Origin: Algicola sp. | GTDB lineage: Bacteria > Pseudomonadota > Gammaproteobacteria > Enterobacterales > Alteromonadaceae | Assembly: GCA_013216025.1 (NCBI GenBank) | Contig: JABSOG010000010.1 | Span: 1 to 60,829, forward strand | Reading direction: 5' to 3' | DNA: 60,829 nt | Shown here: one piece after another, positions 26,599 to 35,561 of the stretch | Position numbering within the stretch: the stretch's first letter is position 1 | Layout of the letters: every line of letters begins with the position of its first letter | Position numbers and translations under genes: made by a program | Notes under the pieces: model-generated | Told to the model about the DNA's origin: nothing | The model's input: only the letters and a program-made list of their open reading frames with translations | The model's database searches: none

Positions 26599-28272
26599 TT
26601 ACCTTCCCCTTGAATGCTTAGCACTCGCCAATTTTGACATCAGGTATGCTCTGCCTTGCATACTCAAATCATCACTAAATACTTTTTCTATTTTCTTCAT
26701 AATCGCTTGTATATCCCAAGGTGTTGACGCTGTAAAAACAGCATGGTTATACACGGTATCCAGCACATTATGATAGTCACTTACATCGGAGGATAATTGA
26801 AAAACGTGAGAGGTAATTAGCCCAATACTTTCACCAAAAGTTTGGATCTCTGGCTCAATTATTTTTGTCAAACCTTCATGCCTGCGAATTATTCTGACAT
26901 GACGACTCAATGTTTCTTGAATGACCACAGGAGAATGGGTAGCAACAATAGCAAAAGCATTCTTTTTTTCTAACACATATCTTATTGCGTCCATCAGTAC
27001 AGCTAAAAGTGGTGGGTGCAGGTGCGTCTCAGGTTCATCAAACAAAATCAACGTTCTGGCACCTGTATGTGCGACGATATTTGTTAACGAATGCAGTACG
27101 AATTTGTGACCGGTACTAAGCTGCATAAATAATTTTTTGAAATCCATTCTTGAAATATCTGCCCAGCCACTGATATTATATTGTGCAAAAGACGGTTCCT
27201 TCGCAATAATCTGCAGTACTTTCGAAAATAATCGTTCATTCTTGTCGCTTTCAATTTTATCAATTAGTTCTACAAACTCCGCAGCTAATTGCTCAACTGG
27301 CTTCAACAAAGTAGAATTCTGCCGATCTGCAATTATGTTCTGCTCACTCAATTTGTCATTTTTGTTCATCTTGTCAGTTGCAAGAGCCGCTTTTAACTCA
27401 GCGACAACGTCTCTAATACCACAAAAAATATAACGACCAAGATGCTGCTCTAATTCTTTGGCAATTTGCACCTTTTCAGAGCGATAAATCCCCGGCACCT
27501 GAAAGCTGTCAAATGCGCTATATGAAATATTAAGAATTTTTGGAAACCCAATTCCTTTCGGTTCCAAATAGCCAACTTTTCGCAAGCTCTGATCATTGCG
27601 GTCTGCTGGGGCGGCAAAAGCGATCCTAGATATTTTTGACAATAATGTACTTTTACCACAACCATTTCGCCCAACAAGCACCATAACCCTACCGGGCAGT
27701 GATTCTTCAAACCCAATACTAGGCGCATCAAAATCCAAAGACAGCGCATGCTCCAATCCTTCAGAATGGAATTTAAAAACAGTGTCTAAATCAGGAAAGT
27801 GGCTGTACTCCTTGGAAACCACAAAAGGCGCAATAGTAAAAATGTCATCCTGCTCATCAAAGTCTCTCAACAATGACTTATTCCACCCTTCTTCATTGAT
27901 TAAATTGGCTTTATATTCTGGGTGAATCACGACATCTCTCAAAAAACTAAACAATCTGATTCTCAGTTTCTCATCAATATTGGATAATCGCTCATAATAG
28001 TCCAGAGATTGTCCAAGAGAACAATAGCTTTCGTCCAGTGTTGCTAAAGGGCCAATGTCAATTCGAAAACAAAGATCAGCTGTTTGGTCTTTTTTTAGTA
28101 TTTTGACTATTCCGATATTAACTGGTTTGCCATCGGGGGAATGTTTGGATGATAAAGTTAGGTGATATTGAGTCTTAAACGAGAAATCATTCCATTTATC
28201 CTGTGACAAATAGAAGTCATATTCAGTACTTGTTGTTATTTTTGGTGAGGGTTCCAGTACTTTTATAAACAT
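26599..28272 (-). CDS. ABC-type ATPase with a roughly 190-aa N-terminal domain of unknown function, partner of the HNH protein (Septu-like)
   Basis: 557 aa. Walker A LVGRNGCGKSTLL at about aa 200, signature-like QLSTGHK, Walker B LILFDEPETHLHP, ATHSP. Confidence 0.75.
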   Translation of the reverse strand: MFIKVLEPSPKITTSTEYDFYLSQDKWNDFSFKTQYHLTLSSKHSPDGKPVNIGIVKILKKDQTADLCFRIDIGPLATLDESYCSLGQSLDYYERLSNIDEKLRIRLFSFLRDVVIHPEYKANLINEEGWNKSLLRDFDEQDDIFTIAPFVVSKEYSHFPDLDTVFKFHSEGLEHALSLDFDAPSIGFEESLPGRVMVLVGRNGCGKSTLLSKISRIAFAAPADRNDQSLRKVGYLEPKGIGFPKILNISYSAFDSFQVPGIYRSEKVQIAKELEQHLGRYIFCGIRDVVAELKAALATDKMNKNDKLSEQNIIADRQNSTLLKPVEQLAAEFVELIDKIESDKNERLFSKVLQIIAKEPSFAQYNISGWADISRMDFKKLFMQLSTGHKFVLHSLTNIVAHTGARTLILFDEPETHLHPPLLAVLMDAIRYVLEKKNAFAIVATHSPVVIQETLSRHVRIIRRHEGLTKIIEPEIQTFGESIGLITSHVFQLSSDVSDYHNVLDTVYNHAVFTASTPWDIQAIMKKIEKVFSDDLSMQGRAYLMSKLASAKHSRGR

Positions 28273-28537
28273 GATCTAATGCCCTTTAATAATATATTAG
28301 GAGGTCAATGCTGGGGAGGGGGGGATATTAACACAATGGGTCCAAATTGCTTAGTCAAACCCCAGTGATAATTATCAATATTATATTAAACTTGGCGCAT
28401 GGCTAGTATATGTCCGATGCAGTCTTTAGTTTCCATAATCGAATATGCTAGCGATTGTGCAAGTAAAGGGCAGTTAATTTAAGCTGGTATGATGAAAATC
28501 GAGTTTACGAATAACCGACAAACCTAGGAAATTTCAA

Positions 28538-28850
28538 ATGGAAACCATTAAAAATACAACCAAAACTGTCGGTATCGATGCACTTGGCGATTTTCTTGCT
28601 CCGTCAAAAGGTGCTGGTGCTTATGTAAAACACCATTTGACAGGCAAAGAGATCAATCTATCACAAGCGGCCCAAATTCTAGGTGTTAACTTCGACTATT
28701 TTACTTTTGTTTGAGGGCAGTCGTTTGACCACCAATATGGCATCAAAGCTATACAACCACTTTGGAATTGAGCCAGATATCTTATTTAACCTCGAAGCCA
28801 AAGCCTATGCTTTTGAAGCAAGGCATTTGGCGCAAAATAACGTGGCTTAA
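28538..28850 (+). pseudogene. HigA-type (XRE HTH) antitoxin gene with a +1 frameshift
   Basis: Frame 1 reads METIKNT...LSQAAQILGV and stops at 28712. The shifted frame continues TSTILLLFEGSRLTTNMASKLYNHFGIEPDILFNLEAKAYAFEARHLAQNNVA. Together these match the HigA pattern (LGVS...GK..LT..MA.RL...FG....W.NLQ). No toxin ORF lies upstream. Confidence 0.65.
28773..28850 (+). repeat. Right direct repeat of the defence islet (3' end of the higA-like gene)
   Basis: Aligns with 21959-22030. Confidence 0.8.
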
Positions 28851-28988
28851 TCTGTCGTTGTTTAATATCTTCTGAAATTTGATTTGGCGTCAGTGCTTAA
28901 ACACGTCAAAATGCCCCTGCCAATACGCCATCAAATCAGATATTTGACGCTTTTTCATTTTTTTAAAACAATCACAGGACATTCGATT

Positions 28989-29588
28989 ATGAAAACCCTC
29001 CACAAACCCAATCTGTATTGCTGGAGCCAATTTGATGAACAGCGCAATATCGATTTTCACAGTTATCTTTGGGTTAGAGCGCAGGGTAATATCGTGTTTG
29101 ATCCCTTACCGTTGAGCGCCCACGATAAACAACACTTGAACGATTTGGGTAAACTCACGCATATCATTATTACAAACTCGGATCATGTCCGTGACGCCGA
29201 ACAATTATCCCTTGATACCGGCGCGGCAATTTATGGACCCGCAGCACAAAAAGACGATTTTCCGATAGCGTGTGGGCATTGGCTGAGTGAGGCCAAAAAC
29301 GTTGAAGATGGATTAGACGTCTATTGTATGGATGGCTCAAAAACGCCAGGTGAACTGGCTTTTGTTGTGCAGGGCGATACTTTGATCACCGGTGATCTTA
29401 TTCGCGCCCACGCCGGAGGGACGTTGTGTATGCTGCCAACAGCAAAATTACAAGATGTGGCCCAAGCGATAAACTCGGTCAAAAGACTGGCCGCAATTGA
29501 AGGTATTACAGCGATATTACCCGGTGATGGTTGGCCAATCTTTCGCGAGGGAGAGGCGGTGCTGCAAGCGTTGGTTAAAGCGATGTAA
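28989..29588 (+). CDS. MBL-fold metallo-hydrolase-like protein
   Basis: Start at M36 (MKTLHKPN, SD agga). IIITNSDHVRDA sits at the usual HxHxDH position (a variant). The later GDLI..HAGG and LPGDG motifs fit the MBL fold. Confidence 0.6.
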   Translation: MKTLHKPNLYCWSQFDEQRNIDFHSYLWVRAQGNIVFDPLPLSAHDKQHLNDLGKLTHIIITNSDHVRDAEQLSLDTGAAIYGPAAQKDDFPIACGHWLSEAKNVEDGLDVYCMDGSKTPGELAFVVQGDTLITGDLIRAHAGGTLCMLPTAKLQDVAQAINSVKRLAAIEGITAILPGDGWPIFREGEAVLQALVKAM

Positions 29589-29606
29589 TACCAATCTCCA
29601 TAATTA

Positions 29607-29642
29607 ACTGGTCTATTTTACCCGACCAAAAAGTAGACCAGT
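29607..29642. terminator. Hairpin between convergent genes
   Basis: 9-bp stem actggtcta / tagaccagt, extendable through tttt/aaaa. Confidence 0.4.
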
Positions 29643-29663
29643 AAATTAATGCGATTGGTATGA

Positions 29664-31403
29664 CTAAGCTTTTACTCTTCTATTTCTTCTGGTAGTAATG
29701 CCGCCTAACAGCAGTAAACCTAACCAATAAAAAGATATTGCGCCACCACTGCTGGTTTGCGGTGCAGGCTCTGGCGTTGGCTCTGGCTGTGGATCGGGTG
29801 TAGGATCTGGGGTTGGATCAGGAATTGGATCAGGCGTGACAACTGTTTTATCTGTGATGGTGATTGTGACACTGTCTTTACTGCCAATTAGCGCGCCACC
29901 TTGAGGGTTGGACAGCTTCACTGTAAAGGTTTTGTCTTGGCTCACATCTTTGGTCGCAATCGTAATGGTTTTACTGCTGCTGTCCTTGTCATCCCAAGTT
30001 AATGTGCCTGCCTGTAAAGTGTAATCTGTGCCAGCCGTTGCATCACCATCTTCAGTGGTAAAGTCTACGCTTATTGCTGAGTCTTGCCCGGTCACCCTGT
30101 TTACGGTGATAGTGACAGTATTCTCTTCATCTACGCTAACCTGTGATTCGTCAAATGTAACCGAACCCTCAACCAATGCGCCGTTAATACTGCCCTTGGC
30201 AAGTTCAGCAAGATAGGTCACTGATAATTGCAGGAACTTCATTGAGTGGTTAACATCATAACTGTCATCGCCAGAGGTATGAATGTTTGGGTTGCTTTGG
30301 TTGAAATTTGACTCAAATGGAAACGAAGCCGGGAATCCCAGACTGTGCCAAGAGGCATGATCAGAGCAGCCGTAACCGCAGCGCTCAAAACCATAAGCCA
30401 TTTCGGGCAGGTAGGTGTCGAGCAATTGTGTCATAAACTGATTCTGGGCGTTGTTGGTGTAATCTGAAATGAACACGATATCCAATTCGGGACTTCCCTG
30501 ATAACCTGACATGTCAAACTGGGCAACCCCCACCACATTTTTACCACTTTGCAGATAGTCTTCAGCGATTTCCTGCGAGCCACGCAGCCCAACTTCTTCT
30601 GCGGCATAACCCATGATAACTATGGTTTTGGCGGGTTTGTAATTGCTGGCGACAATGGTACTTAATGTCTCGGTAATAACAGCTATACCCGAGGCATTAT
30701 CATCAGCACCCGGAGCTTTGCCAAGGATGGATCCGCCGCCGCTGATAGAATCCAAATGTCCGCCGGTGATAACATATTCGTCAGGTGTCATGGTGCCGGT
30801 GATGGTCGCGATAACCGAAGGCTGGGCCCAGTTTGCATGATTGTACAATTGTACTGTAATGTCATCACGCCCCTGAGCGATGGTTTCCCATTTCTGTTTA
30901 ATCCATTGTGCTGATTCTTTTCCTGAATTGGACCGGTAATAGCGATTATTATAAGCCGCCAAAGCGTCGACTGTTTCAGTCATATTCTCACCAGACACTT
31001 TGTCTAGCATTGAATAAACAGTGTCACTGTTGTCAATGGTGTAATCGATGGCTTTTTGCTGTTTGGATTGGGCTTCACGCTGGTTGAAAGCCACGGCTTT
31101 TTGCAATGAATCGTGTCTAAAGTAGCCGGGACAGCGATTAAAATCTTCATGGAGTATGTGACTTAACTTGTCAATTTGAGACGCTGGGATGCTGACGGTT
31201 TGAAACGCCGAGCCTGCTGGTTGAATGGATTTTACCGGGCTGACGTCTATTGACAAACTATGGGCTTTTTTCAATTGTTTCAGTGCATCAACGCCAATTG
31301 AAATATAAGCTTTTTCTGTTGACGACTCAGAGGTTTTTGCCTCAACGAAATTTGCTTGGCCTGTCAGGGCCATTGCAAATGCTGTATAGATTAGTGTTTT
31401 CAT
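29664..31403 (-). CDS. Secreted M28 aminopeptidase with a Calx-beta domain, Pro-rich linker and GlyGly-CTERM sorting tail
   Basis: Start at M14 (MKTLIYTAF). M28 metal ligand motifs GGHLDS, GADDNASG, AAEEVGLRGS, CSDHASW. Calx-beta DGDATAGTDY. (PDPT)n linker. Tail SSGGAISFYWLGLLLLGGITTRRNRR. Confidence 0.85.
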   Translation of the reverse strand: MKTLIYTAFAMALTGQANFVEAKTSESSTEKAYISIGVDALKQLKKAHSLSIDVSPVKSIQPAGSAFQTVSIPASQIDKLSHILHEDFNRCPGYFRHDSLQKAVAFNQREAQSKQQKAIDYTIDNSDTVYSMLDKVSGENMTETVDALAAYNNRYYRSNSGKESAQWIKQKWETIAQGRDDITVQLYNHANWAQPSVIATITGTMTPDEYVITGGHLDSISGGGSILGKAPGADDNASGIAVITETLSTIVASNYKPAKTIVIMGYAAEEVGLRGSQEIAEDYLQSGKNVVGVAQFDMSGYQGSPELDIVFISDYTNNAQNQFMTQLLDTYLPEMAYGFERCGYGCSDHASWHSLGFPASFPFESNFNQSNPNIHTSGDDSYDVNHSMKFLQLSVTYLAELAKGSINGALVEGSVTFDESQVSVDEENTVTITVNRVTGQDSAISVDFTTEDGDATAGTDYTLQAGTLTWDDKDSSSKTITIATKDVSQDKTFTVKLSNPQGGALIGSKDSVTITITDKTVVTPDPIPDPTPDPTPDPQPEPTPEPAPQTSSGGAISFYWLGLLLLGGITTRRNRRVKA

Positions 31404-31700
31404 AGTTACTCCATAGACTGCGGTTGCCTGTATAAGTATCACTTTTTTAAAATGATTTCCACATTATCTTGTATCGAAAACCCTGTTCATTTCGATACTT
31501 TTGTTATGGTGTGTCCCTTGCGTTTGGTTGATATGTAAAATCACTTGCTGGGGAATAGCTTGGCCCGCCTCTTCAAAAAATTAAAAAAGCTATTTCGCCA
31601 ATTGTGCAATTAACCCAAGACTATTGCCGCAAAAAAACAGATAATTACGCCCCATAAGATCAACCCGCCGATTGCAGCGCACCACAGTGGAAACCACTCA

Positions 31701-33881
31701 ATGGAAATCAAAGTTAATTTTCTCGACAACCTCAGACTTGAAGCCAAGTTTGATGATTTTTCTGTCATCACTGACCAGCCTATTCGTTACAAGGGTGATG
31801 GCTCAGCCCCCAGTCCTTTTGATTATTTTCTGGCTTCGTCGGCCCTCTGTGCGGCGTATTTTGTCAAGGTTTACTGTGTGGCCCGTGATATTTCTACCGA
31901 CAATATCAGGCTGTCACAAAACAATATTGTTGATCCAGAAAACCGTTATAACCAAATCTTTCAAATTCAGGTTGAGCTGCCAGAGAGCCTGTCTGAAAAA
32001 GATCAAAAAGGTATCTTAAGAGCGATTGACCGCTGTACCGTGAAAAAAGTGGTGCAAACAGGCCCTGAGTTTAAAATAGACTCGGTACAAAGCCTCGAAG
32101 AAGACGCCCAAGCGATGCTTATGGGTCAGCCAGAAGGCGATACCAGCACTTATATACTCGGTAAAGACTTGCCGCTTGAACAAACCATTACCAACATGAC
32201 CGGCATTTTGGCTGATTTGGGCATGAAGATTGAAATTGCATCGTGGCGTAATATTGTGCCAAATGTGTGGTCTTTGCATATCCGCGATGCCGCATCGCCT
32301 GCATGTTTTACCAACGGTAAAGGCGCAACCAAAGAGAGCGCATTGTGCTCGGCACTCGGTGAGTTTATCGAACGTCTTAACTGTAATTTCTTTTACAATG
32401 ATCAGTTTTTTGGCCAAGAAATTGCCAACAGTGACTTTGTTCATTACCCCAACGAAAAATGGTTTAAGCCGGGACCCGATGACGCGTTGCCAACCGACAT
32501 TTTGGATGAATATTGCTTAGGCATATACGATCCCGACGGTGAACTGCGCGGTTCAAACCTAATTGATACCAACTCAGGTATGGTTGAACGTGGCATTTGC
32601 TCTATTCCTTACGTGCGTCAGTCTGACGGCGAAACCGTTTATTTTCCGTCTAACTTGATTGAGAATTTGTTTTTGAGTAACGGTATGAGTGCGGGTAATA
32701 ACTTGCATGAAGCGCAGGTGCAATGTCTGTCAGAAATTTTTGAACGTGCGGTTAAAAGACAAATCATTGAACAAGAAATTGTGTTGCCAGATGTGCCGTT
32801 AAAAGTGCTTCAAAAGTATCCTGGTATTTTAGAAGGCATTAACGCACTCGAAGCTCAAGGTTTCCCGGTGGTGATTAAAGATGCTTCATTGGGCGGCGAA
32901 TTCCCAGTGATGTGTGTGACCTTGATGAACCCCAAAACTGGTGGTGTATTTGCCTCATTCGGTGCCCACCCAAGTTTTGAAGTGGCGCTTGAGCGTAGCT
33001 TGACCGAACTGTTGCAAGGTCGTAGCTTCGAAGGTTTAAACGATGTGCCACCACCGACTTTTAACAGCATGGCGCTGACCGAGCCTGAAAACTTTGTTGA
33101 GCACTTTATTGACTCAACCGGTGTTATCTCTTGGCGCTTCTTTAGTAATAAACACGATTATGAATTTTGTGAATGGGATTTCTCAGGCACCAATGAAGCC
33201 GAAAATGCGAGTTTGATGGGCATTTTAAAAACACTGGGCAAAGAAGTGTATGTTGCCGTATTTGATGAGCTAGGGGCTACGGCTTGCCGTATTTTGGTAC
33301 CTGACTATTCAGAAGTGTATCCAGCCGAAGACTTGATTGTAGACAACACCAACAAGGCACTCGATTACCGCGAAGATATCTTAAATCTTCATGCTTTGAG
33401 TGATGATGCACTGGCCGCTTTGGTGGAGCGTTTGGAAGAGAGTCAGCAAGATAACTACACAGATATTATCACCCTGATTGGTATTGAGTTTGATGAAAAT
33501 ACCGTTTGGGGCCAAATGACCATTCTTGAACTGAAAATTCTAATCTACCTTGCTTTGGGTGCGCTTGAAGAGGCTATTGAGTTGGTAGGGGAATTCTTGC
33601 AGTACAACGACAATACTGTAGAGCGTGGTTTGTTTTATCAAGCGGTTCATGCGGTACTTGAAATCACCTTGGATGAAGAATTAGCGCTTGAAGATTTCAT
33701 TAATAACCTCAATAGAATGTTCGGTGAACAAAATATGAGTGAGGTGGTCGGCTCGGTAACTGGTGAGGTGAGATTCAGTGGCCTAACCAAAACCAGCATG
33801 AAACTCGAAGGCTTGGACAAACACCTGAGATTAATCGAGAGCTATAAAAAGCTGCATCAAGCTCGTGGGGTTAAGGTTTAA
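31701..33881 (+). CDS. OsmC domain / YcaO domain fusion protein
   Basis: 726 aa. N-terminal OsmC-like (GDGSAPSPFDYFLASSALC) region followed by a YcaO-like core and a TPR-like C-terminus. Length and order match the OsmC/YcaO family common in marine gammaproteobacteria. Confidence 0.75.
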   Translation: MEIKVNFLDNLRLEAKFDDFSVITDQPIRYKGDGSAPSPFDYFLASSALCAAYFVKVYCVARDISTDNIRLSQNNIVDPENRYNQIFQIQVELPESLSEKDQKGILRAIDRCTVKKVVQTGPEFKIDSVQSLEEDAQAMLMGQPEGDTSTYILGKDLPLEQTITNMTGILADLGMKIEIASWRNIVPNVWSLHIRDAASPACFTNGKGATKESALCSALGEFIERLNCNFFYNDQFFGQEIANSDFVHYPNEKWFKPGPDDALPTDILDEYCLGIYDPDGELRGSNLIDTNSGMVERGICSIPYVRQSDGETVYFPSNLIENLFLSNGMSAGNNLHEAQVQCLSEIFERAVKRQIIEQEIVLPDVPLKVLQKYPGILEGINALEAQGFPVVIKDASLGGEFPVMCVTLMNPKTGGVFASFGAHPSFEVALERSLTELLQGRSFEGLNDVPPPTFNSMALTEPENFVEHFIDSTGVISWRFFSNKHDYEFCEWDFSGTNEAENASLMGILKTLGKEVYVAVFDELGATACRILVPDYSEVYPAEDLIVDNTNKALDYREDILNLHALSDDALAALVERLEESQQDNYTDIITLIGIEFDENTVWGQMTILELKILIYLALGALEEAIELVGEFLQYNDNTVERGLFYQAVHAVLEITLDEELALEDFINNLNRMFGEQNMSEVVGSVTGEVRFSGLTKTSMKLEGLDKHLRLIESYKKLHQARGVKV

Positions 33882-33929
33882 TCGTCGCGGTGCATTGTTG
33901 TGACCTACGTCAAACTTGTTTATTTTGTC

Positions 33930-34089
33930 GTAAGGTGGGCAATCTTTTCTGCCCACGCGCTGCCTATTCGGCTGCAACAGGCCTCGTTGGTGAGTGACCT
34001 ACCAGCCTGCAGCTAACCCCATGATATTTTTATGGGTTTGGTGATAAACGATAAGGTCACGCGTGGGCAGAAAAGATTGCCCACCTTAC
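33930..34089. mobile_element. 160-bp MITE-like element with perfect 30-bp terminal inverted repeats
   Basis: gtaaggtgggcaatcttttctgcccacgcg (33930-33959) is the exact reverse complement of 34060-34089. Each arm also contains its own hairpin, gtgggca...tgcccac. Confidence 0.7.
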
Positions 34090-34123
34090 GCAGCAAATGG
34101 CTGGCAGCTCATCCCATAGGTAC

Positions 34124-35251
34124 CTACACAACCCCTAAAGCCTGTTCAATGTCTTGAAGTATATCGTCGAGCTTTTCGCAGCCGACACTCAAACGTACCA
34201 AACCACTCGAAACATCATCTACGCCCCAACGGCCACGCCTTTCGGCCATGGTATGCATGCCGCCAAAGCTGGTGGCTTCTACAATCATTTTTGCTTGTTG
34301 CAAAAAGTTATTGGCTTGAGTTTGCCCGCCCAAATCAAAGCTGATAATAAAACCAAAATTATGCATTTGGCGACTAGCGATCTCAAAAGAAGGGTCGGTG
34401 GTTAACCCCGGATAACGAAGGCTGATGACTTTGTTATGCTGCTGCAAATATTCGGCGATGGCTTGTGCGTTGGTGGTCATTCGCTGCAAACGCATGTCTA
34501 AACTGGCCAATCCTCGGTGTACCAGCCAAGTTTCCATTGGGCCAGGAATATTGCCCGCTAACTTGCGCCATAACGCCATGGCATCAAATAAATCTGTTCG
34601 GTTGGTGGCGACATGACCAAAAACCACATCAGAATGGCCATTGAGTGCTTTGGTGTCTGAGCACATCGAAATATCAGCGCCCAGCAGTAAAGGTTGTTGC
34701 CCTAGTGGCGTTAACGTGGTGTTGTCGACGGCCAAAATGCCATTGGCTGCGTGGACTTTGTCGGCCAGTTGTTGAATGTCAATCACGTCGAGTAGTGGGT
34801 TGCTGGGGGTTTCGATAAACACCAGCTTTATGCCGGCAAAATCTTGTTCAGCGATGGCCAGCGTTGGTACTGTTTTGACTATAACGCCGAATTTTTGCAA
34901 AAAGGTTTTGGCGTAGGCGATGGTCGGTTGGTAACCGTCATCGGCCAATAACAGGGTATCGCCACTTTCGAGCAAAGCGGTCATTATCGCTGCACTAGCT
35001 GCCATGCCAGAGGGAAAGATGATTGCCCGACCTTGTTCTAACTCGCTCAGACCTTGCTCTAACGCATCCCAGCCCGGATTATGAAACCGGCCATATTGGT
35101 AGTGCTGATTGTCTACTACACCACTGTGATGGAAGGCGCTGGCAAACACCGGACTTTGTACAAAAGGTTGACCCTGTTCAGCCTTGGAATGGCCTGCATG
35201 TACTACTGCGGAGCGAAGTGATGCCGGTTTTTGATTCGAATGATCTGACAT
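34124..35251 (-). CDS. PLP-dependent Cys/Met metabolism enzyme (cystathionine gamma-synthase/beta-lyase family)
   Basis: ATG at M5 with a gggag SD. The family pattern includes SDTKALNGHSD (PLP lysine) and SLGGMHTM-like FGGMHTMAE. Confidence 0.8.
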   Translation of the reverse strand: MSDHSNQKPASLRSAVVHAGHSKAEQGQPFVQSPVFASAFHHSGVVDNQHYQYGRFHNPGWDALEQGLSELEQGRAIIFPSGMAASAAIMTALLESGDTLLLADDGYQPTIAYAKTFLQKFGVIVKTVPTLAIAEQDFAGIKLVFIETPSNPLLDVIDIQQLADKVHAANGILAVDNTTLTPLGQQPLLLGADISMCSDTKALNGHSDVVFGHVATNRTDLFDAMALWRKLAGNIPGPMETWLVHRGLASLDMRLQRMTTNAQAIAEYLQQHNKVISLRYPGLTTDPSFEIASRQMHNFGFIISFDLGGQTQANNFLQQAKMIVEATSFGGMHTMAERRGRWGVDDVSSGLVRLSVGCEKLDDILQDIEQALGVV

Positions 35252-35377
35252 GGAAACTCCCAAAACATATAGACTATTTCTTTGCGGTCATCATATGTGA
35301 AAAGCCTAAAAAGGGCAATGTAGGGCCATGCCCCTAGGCAATTGCATCTTGCATTGTAAGGATACCATCCGTCCATG

Positions 35378-35450
35378 GATATAATTGAGCAGGATATAAT
35401 CCCGCAGATTATAATCCTACAGGATATAATCCCGCAGGATATGTACATCA
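35378..35450. promoter_or_regulatory. Five tandem 15-bp repeats with a palindromic GGATATAATCC core in a divergent promoter region
   Basis: ggatataattgagc / aggatataatcccgc / agattataatcctac / aggatataatcccgc / aggatatgtacatca. Period 15. Confidence 0.6.
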
Positions 35451-35561
35451 CGGTACAAAATAAATGGAGTTAAAACGCTAACGTTCAGATATACTCTTCT
35501 CGCTCAGTGAGTTAACTCGCTGAGTTCCAATAAAAATAATCAATAAAAATAAGAGAACATT

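Noticed and set aside
28273-28537. HigB/RelE-type toxin remnant upstream of the higA-like pseudogene
   Set aside because: Reading the three forward frames found no frame with a RelE/HigB-like pattern. Only a short ...LSWYDENRVYE-stop fragment appeared, which is not convincing.
21959-28850. Retron (reverse transcriptase plus msr/msd) associated with the PtuAB-like pairs, or an integrase/transposase in the islet
   Set aside because: All sizeable ORFs are accounted for by the four ATPase and HNH genes. No reverse transcriptase, integrase or transposase motifs were seen.
35378-35450. Possible CRISPR array or MetJ box array
   Set aside because: The repeats are contiguous with no spacers and are only 15 bp, so this is not CRISPR. 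They do not match AGACGTCT, so they are not met boxes.
35203-35451. 82-aa ORF translating as ...IISCRIIICGIISCSIIS...
   Set aside because: The repetitive peptide is simply the translation of the tandem 15-bp repeat array, which is in a promoter region between divergent genes.
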